Assembly: GCA_964016885.1 (NCBI GenBank)
Contig: OZ024741.1
Location: 235,662,001 to 235,726,000 of the forward strand
Length of the DNA stretch: 64,000 bases
From: Eledone cirrhosa
Taxonomy: Eukaryota
Reading direction: 5' to 3'
Each line of letters opens with the position of its first letter. Position 1 is the stretch's first letter. The notes below the pieces were generated by a model, which saw only the letters and a program-made list of their open reading frames with translations, was not told the origin of the DNA and did no database searches. Below are positions 58,663 through 64,000 of this stretch, piece by piece. Position numbers and translations under genes: made by a program.

Positions 58663-58890
58663 TGTTATACTTTGGGAGGGTCATGCTGCCAATATAAACA
58701 CACACACCTGTTGGATTTCATTTCAATAAACTAAAAAAATTTCGGTTGGTTCATTAACCGGATGGTTGTTTATATATTATCAAAGCTCTTTCATCACACA
58801 TTCTGTGACCTCCTCAATGACTGATTTCTTATTTTGTGTCCCTCCCTTGTTCTGTACTACACCATCTTGTTTTTGTGTGTTGTGACACTG
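58660..58890 (-). mobile_element. Solo Naiad-like 3' end with degenerate hammerhead
   Basis: Minus strand AGTCA-TTGAGGA-G-GTCAC..GTGAT-GAAA-GAGC-TT-TGAT and terminal ATGACCCTCCCAAAGTATAACAATAT. Confidence 0.75.
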
Positions 58891-59019
58891 ACATGCAAAA
58901 GCATAAAGTCTTGTTAGTATCACGCTTAGGTGGAAGTAGAAGAGGGCATGACGTTTCGGACATAAGTCCTTCTTCGGAGAGAGAGAAAAGGTTGGAATAT
59001 CGTGGTTTGAAAAGAGTTT

Positions 59020-59600
59020 TAAGAAGGCATATTTTCTGAGAACTTTTTCTGAAAGCAATTGACAAGGAGTATAAACCTACGGTTTGAGACTTCTGGAAAG
59101 TGTTCAACATTATGGATGCTGTGGATAACGTAGTTGAGTTAACTTTGTATTGTGCTTGGAAGAATATATAGGCCAGACTGTATCTGTGACGTTACAAGTT
59201 TTCTATAAGCAGAAAGTTTATAACAAAATCGGGAAAATATTATGATACGTGCAAATGATATAGAATTTAAAAAAAGTCATAAAGGATGATGTGATTAAGT
59301 TGCTAGTATCCCCCCGAGAAATGTTATCTAATGTTAGAACAAGGGAAAGCTATGAATACAGATGAGAATGCAGAAATGCCATCAACTCCTCTTAAATTGA
59401 CTGCAACGAATATTGCTAAATGGTTATAGGGAAAAACCTGCTAGTTGTTGCCGATAACGGCCTTGACCGCGAACGTAAAAAACAGAAGAGAAATTTATAA
59501 TAAGCTCAGTTCCTACACTGAACTGTACAAATAGATGGCGTACCATAAACATCAAATAACTTTGGATAAGTTCTTCATTCCTCAGGTAGTTGATGATGAA
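59020..59600 (+). mobile_element. Probable pogo/Tigger transposase remnant
   Basis: PTV*DFWKVFNIMDAVDNV and terminal QITLDKFF resemble Tigger DDE_1 C-termini; heavily decayed. Confidence 0.5.
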
Positions 59601-60489
59601 CTATAAGATACTTACTGAATTACAAGCACAGTTTATCCTGATTGAGTCAGATGTACTGTGGGATTCTCCTCTACCACAACTTCCAAATGTAAGATACGTT
59701 GGAGGTCTCGCTACAAAACATTCATTACCCTCTTGTACATTAGTCAACATCTCTTGACGTGGTAAGAATGTACACTATTGCGAGATAACGATTCTTATTA
59801 ATTCTCTAACGTATTTGTTTAAAAAAAATTTTTTTATTTTTAGATATTGTAAAGTCGTTTGAATTCAGATTAGAATGCTTTGCGGTATCCATTCCAAATA
59901 TCTACGCTCTAAGTTCAAATCCCGGTGAGGTCAACTTTGCCGTTCATCCTTTCGTGGTCAGTGAAAAAGTACCAGTGCAGTACTGGAGTCGATTCTTCCT
60001 CTATATCTCTTTCTCCTTGAATTCAAAACTGTTCATTAACTATGACAAGACGCATGTATATGTTCTGACAATGGAGAATACGTGCTGTTGTCAATAATAT
60101 CTATGAAATTGTATCAACGTGTGTGTGTAGGGGGGGGGGGGGGTATGCAAAAAAATTTACAGAAATAACAAAGCAAACGGCACAGTACAGTGAAGAAATA
60201 TATTAGTTTTACGCTTGATATAGTAGGAAAAGAACCTTAACGTTTCGAATGCTATTTTTCATCAGAAAATGGAATGAGAAATTAAAGAAATAGAATGATA
60301 GAAGAGAGTGAGAAGTGGCAGAAACGAAAAAAATTTCTGAGAGAAAAAGCAGGTCTGTTCAGGTTGCCATTTCTTGGAAAACTGTTGAATTCAGTGTTTT
60401 GGTATAAGAAGTTCAGTTTGCCGTCTTTTGAAAGACTGATTAAATGTGTCAGTATCGTGCTGAAAAGGAAAAAAAAAACCTTTTGTATA

Positions 60490-60617
<128 letters not shown>

Positions 60618-62301
60618 AGCTGTGAGGATATGTGTGTAGATATATACATTTGAGAGAGAGGGAAAGAGAAATAGGGAGAGAGGGGGAGAGGGGAGGGGGG
60701 ACTGAGTTCATTAGGGAAACTGGACCCAAGGCGAAATCAAATTTTGTTCAGTCCTAGTACACGAAGCCAGAGTTCCGTGATACAAAAGGACGCCTATGAC
60801 TGAGACATGTAGAGAGAAGTGGCCTGGGAAACTGAAGTGACAGGCGACAGGGGTATCCTTGGATATACAGATGAAGGAGTAGCGGATACGGAAATAACTG
60901 TTAATGCCTGTGAGAGTGATGAGGTTGGAAATGAAGAGAAAGGTGTTACAGCGGGGGAGAAAACAGGGAAGGGGGACAGGTGGAATCCTAGGAGAGGAAG
61001 AGAAGGAACTGCGTACCAGGAGGTCACGGAGATTACGGGCGCCTTTAAAGGCGGTGATGGGTAGATTGGGAAAGAAGCGAGAGGTGATGGGGTCAGTAGA
61101 GAGGATGCAAAGGAGGATATGGCGCCGGAGAGGTAGAGTGGTGGGGTGGTGATGGGTGAGGGAGAAATGAAGGCGGGTGATGGGGTGGTTGTGGGGTAAG
61201 AGGGTAGTGGTACGGTCGGTTTCATGGGCGCGGGTGGGGGCAGCTTAGATCAGGATAAAGACAATGGAAAAAACAACGGAAGGATGGACAGTCCATCTCC
61301 TCAGTCAACTTCTGGAAATCATTAGCTTTTCGATGCATTAAGGTTGATACCATTCACTCCAGTACCAATAGGAATATAACAAAACAGGAAGAGACAAGTT
61401 ATACCTGTAGGCAAATTACACAAATATAGAGTGCGTAAGGGCTTAGCCAAAAGAGAAAAAAATATATAGGAGAGAAATAGTAAAACAGAAGAGAATATTA
61501 AGGACTGTAGTCCACAGTGCAGCCGGTTTAACACCCCCCATATGATCCTTGGGCACCATTGGCGGATTTTCCTCCGTTCTAAGCATTTGGGCCAGATCTT
61601 CGGTTGGAGCATCATTTTTTGCTTTGATTCCACCAGTTACTGCGAATCATGGATGTTTGCCCCCCACCTCTCTGACTAAGTCATTAAAAAAATGAAAAAC
61701 GAAATACACTGTACATAAACATACATACTTACATACACATGCATATATACATACACATACATATATGATAGCTGCCCCCTCGATATCGAGTATGGCCATT
61801 GCATGATATACCATTATTAATACTTATTAATTAATTCTATCGTGTAATGCCTGTGCGTGAAGATATTTTTTAAAGTGAAGAAAGACTGTGCATTGAACCA
61901 ATCCCACTCTTTGAGCGACAGTAGCTATAACCCGAAAAAAAGAAAAGATCAACATCATCGGTAACTACTGAGCCGCAGGTTTTATATCTGAGTTATCGCA
62001 GTTTCCTGATTGGCCTTCTCCTAGAAGAATGCCCTGACAAAGGCTAGGGGTCCTTCATTCCCATTGGTTTAAACGCGCGGTATATGTGTATATACATATT
62101 TACACACTTTTGGATGGCCGTTGACTCTTATGAGTTTTTCCGCCCTTTGTCAATTTTTGTTTTTTGTCCTGCAGGGTGTCCAAAATCACCCTCCTCACCA
62201 AGTAAACTTGGTGGGGTTGCCGGTTTAGTCGCCGACGACACGACCATGCGATATATATACATACATATATACATACATATATACATACATACACCTACAT
62301 G

Positions 62302-62398
<97 letters not shown>

Positions 62399-62928
62399 AT
62401 AGATAGATAGATACATAATGGCTGCATCTCGGTTTCGAGAATTGCCATTACTTGTCCTTTTTCTCATAGACGGGTGGCATGAACATGACCATTTAGCCCC
62501 GCCAAGAACTCAGATTAACTTCTGTATACGCTGCAGTGCAAGTAAAAAGAAAAGACCATGCTCATGCAACACATGCAAAAGCCGTTTAGATTAAGTGATG
62601 CCTGTGCTTGAAGCTTCTTTTAAGTAAAGAGAGACCTTGCACTGGACCAATCCCATTCTCTGAACAACGTTGACAGTTATCCTAAAAGAAGAACAGGTCA
62701 ACATCATTGGCTACCATCGAGTCGCAGATTTTACATCAGTTTTCCTTCTCTTAGAATGATACCCTAACAAGAACTCGGGGTCTCTCACTCCCGGTGGGTT
62801 AACTGCACAATAGGGCACCAAACCGAGTATTTCCATCTCCCAGTACATACATACATTCACACATACATACATTCACACATACATACATACATACATACAT
62901 ACATACATACATACATACATACATACAT

Positions 62929-64000
62929 GAGAGCTACTGGAGATCTGTATGGGAAACGGATGACGGATTCAACAGACAAGCTAATTGGCTAAAAGAACTG
63001 GAACAGGACTACTGCCAACATGTCCAGACAAAACAATATGACATAGATGGGTCAATACTGGAAACAGCTCTACAGAAAATGTCGAATAGGAAATCGCCAG
63101 GCCCAGACCTCATTACAGGATACTGGTTGAAGAATTTCACTTTCTAGCGGCAAGATCTCATACGGCTGTTTACAGAAACCATTAAGGGCACACAAGAACT
63201 GCCCAGATGGTTATCAACTGCCTCTACTCTCCTCATTCCCCAAAATAGCCAAACCACCCTTGCTAAAAATTACCGCCCAATTGCCTGCCAAAACATCATG
63301 TATAAATTATATACTGGGTGCCTTAACCTGTTCTTACAGGATCACTGTGCTACCAACAACATCATAACACCTGAGCAAGCTGGTGGAAAGAGGGAGGTGT
63401 GGGGTTGCATAGATCACCTACTAACTAACAAAATGATTCAGGAAAAAACAACAAAGAATCGCAGAAACATGACTGTCGTGTGGCTGGACTATCAAAAAGC
63501 ATTTGATAGTGTACCTCATGGGTGGATTGTTAAGGCTTTATAGTTAGCTAAAGTCCCACAACCATTGGTAGCTGCTGTTGAACGCCTGACCAAGAACTGG
63601 TACACCAGTTTGATCCTTAGAGGTGAGAAGGAGCAGGTTAAGACTGATAAGATACATTACCAGAAGGGCATCTTTCAGGGTGATAGCTTGTCAGTGCTAC
63701 TCCTCGTTCTCTCACTGAATCCACTATCTTACCTACTCAGGAAACAAGGTCGACAAAGAAGTGGAACCAGAAGTATCTCCCATCTTTTCTTTGTTGATGA
63801 CCTGAAGTTGTATGGGCCAAATATCAATGACATCAAGAAACAATTGGACCTCATTACACAATTTTCAACCGACATCAAAATGAAATTTGGTGAGTCCAAG
63901 TGTGCATATTTGGCAGTAAAACGTGGAAGAGCTGTGCCCTCCTCTAGAAATCTAGAGATGAACGGCCTGACAATACAACCTCTGCAGTCAGGTGACAACT
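62929..64000 (+). mobile_element. R4/Dong-like non-LTR retrotransposon RT region (5'-truncated, runs off window)
   Basis: YWRSVW..NRQANWL, KSPGPDLITGYWLK, NYRPIAC, EQAG, GCIDHLL, WLDYQKAFDSVPHGW, GIFQGDSLS, SHLFFVDDLKLY, MKFGESKC; two in-frame stops. Confidence 0.85.

Noticed and set aside
60690-61240. S/P-rich or G/E-rich ORFs and a faint GIY-YIG-like tail (RTEQNLI)
   Set aside because: The ORFs follow from purine skew; the PLE resemblance is too decayed to call as a feature.

Overview
Eukaryotic, AT-rich, repeat-saturated DNA with no recognisable host protein-coding gene. The SINE families and (TA)n load suggest an octopus or other coleoid mollusc (inference). Nearly all long ORFs in the track are microsatellite read-throughs. 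Bases 1-12.7 kb: a CR1-like LINE end, a maT (DD37D-type) Tc1/mariner copy, RTE LINEs (one with a PHD finger inside the RT) and tRNA-derived SINEs, all embedded in multi-kb (TA)n/(TATG)n arrays, ending at a 200-N gap. 13.5-15.6 kb: 53 copies of a 40-bp minisatellite. 15.7-25 kb: SINE/MITE debris and a GT-rich tract. 25.5-60.3 kb is the main signal: a dense nest of Penelope-like-element (PLE) sequence in (TA)n tracts. It includes three decayed Naiad-like RT/GIY-YIG copies, many short fold-back (inverted-repeat) insertions, a tandem ~430-nt non-coding retrozyme-like unit, and roughly 25 intact-core plus several degenerate minimal type I hammerhead ribozyme motifs (counted by eye) from about ten families. 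The window ends in an R4/Dong-like LINE. All family assignments come from motifs read by eye, not database searches, and element boundaries are approximate unless motif coordinates are given.
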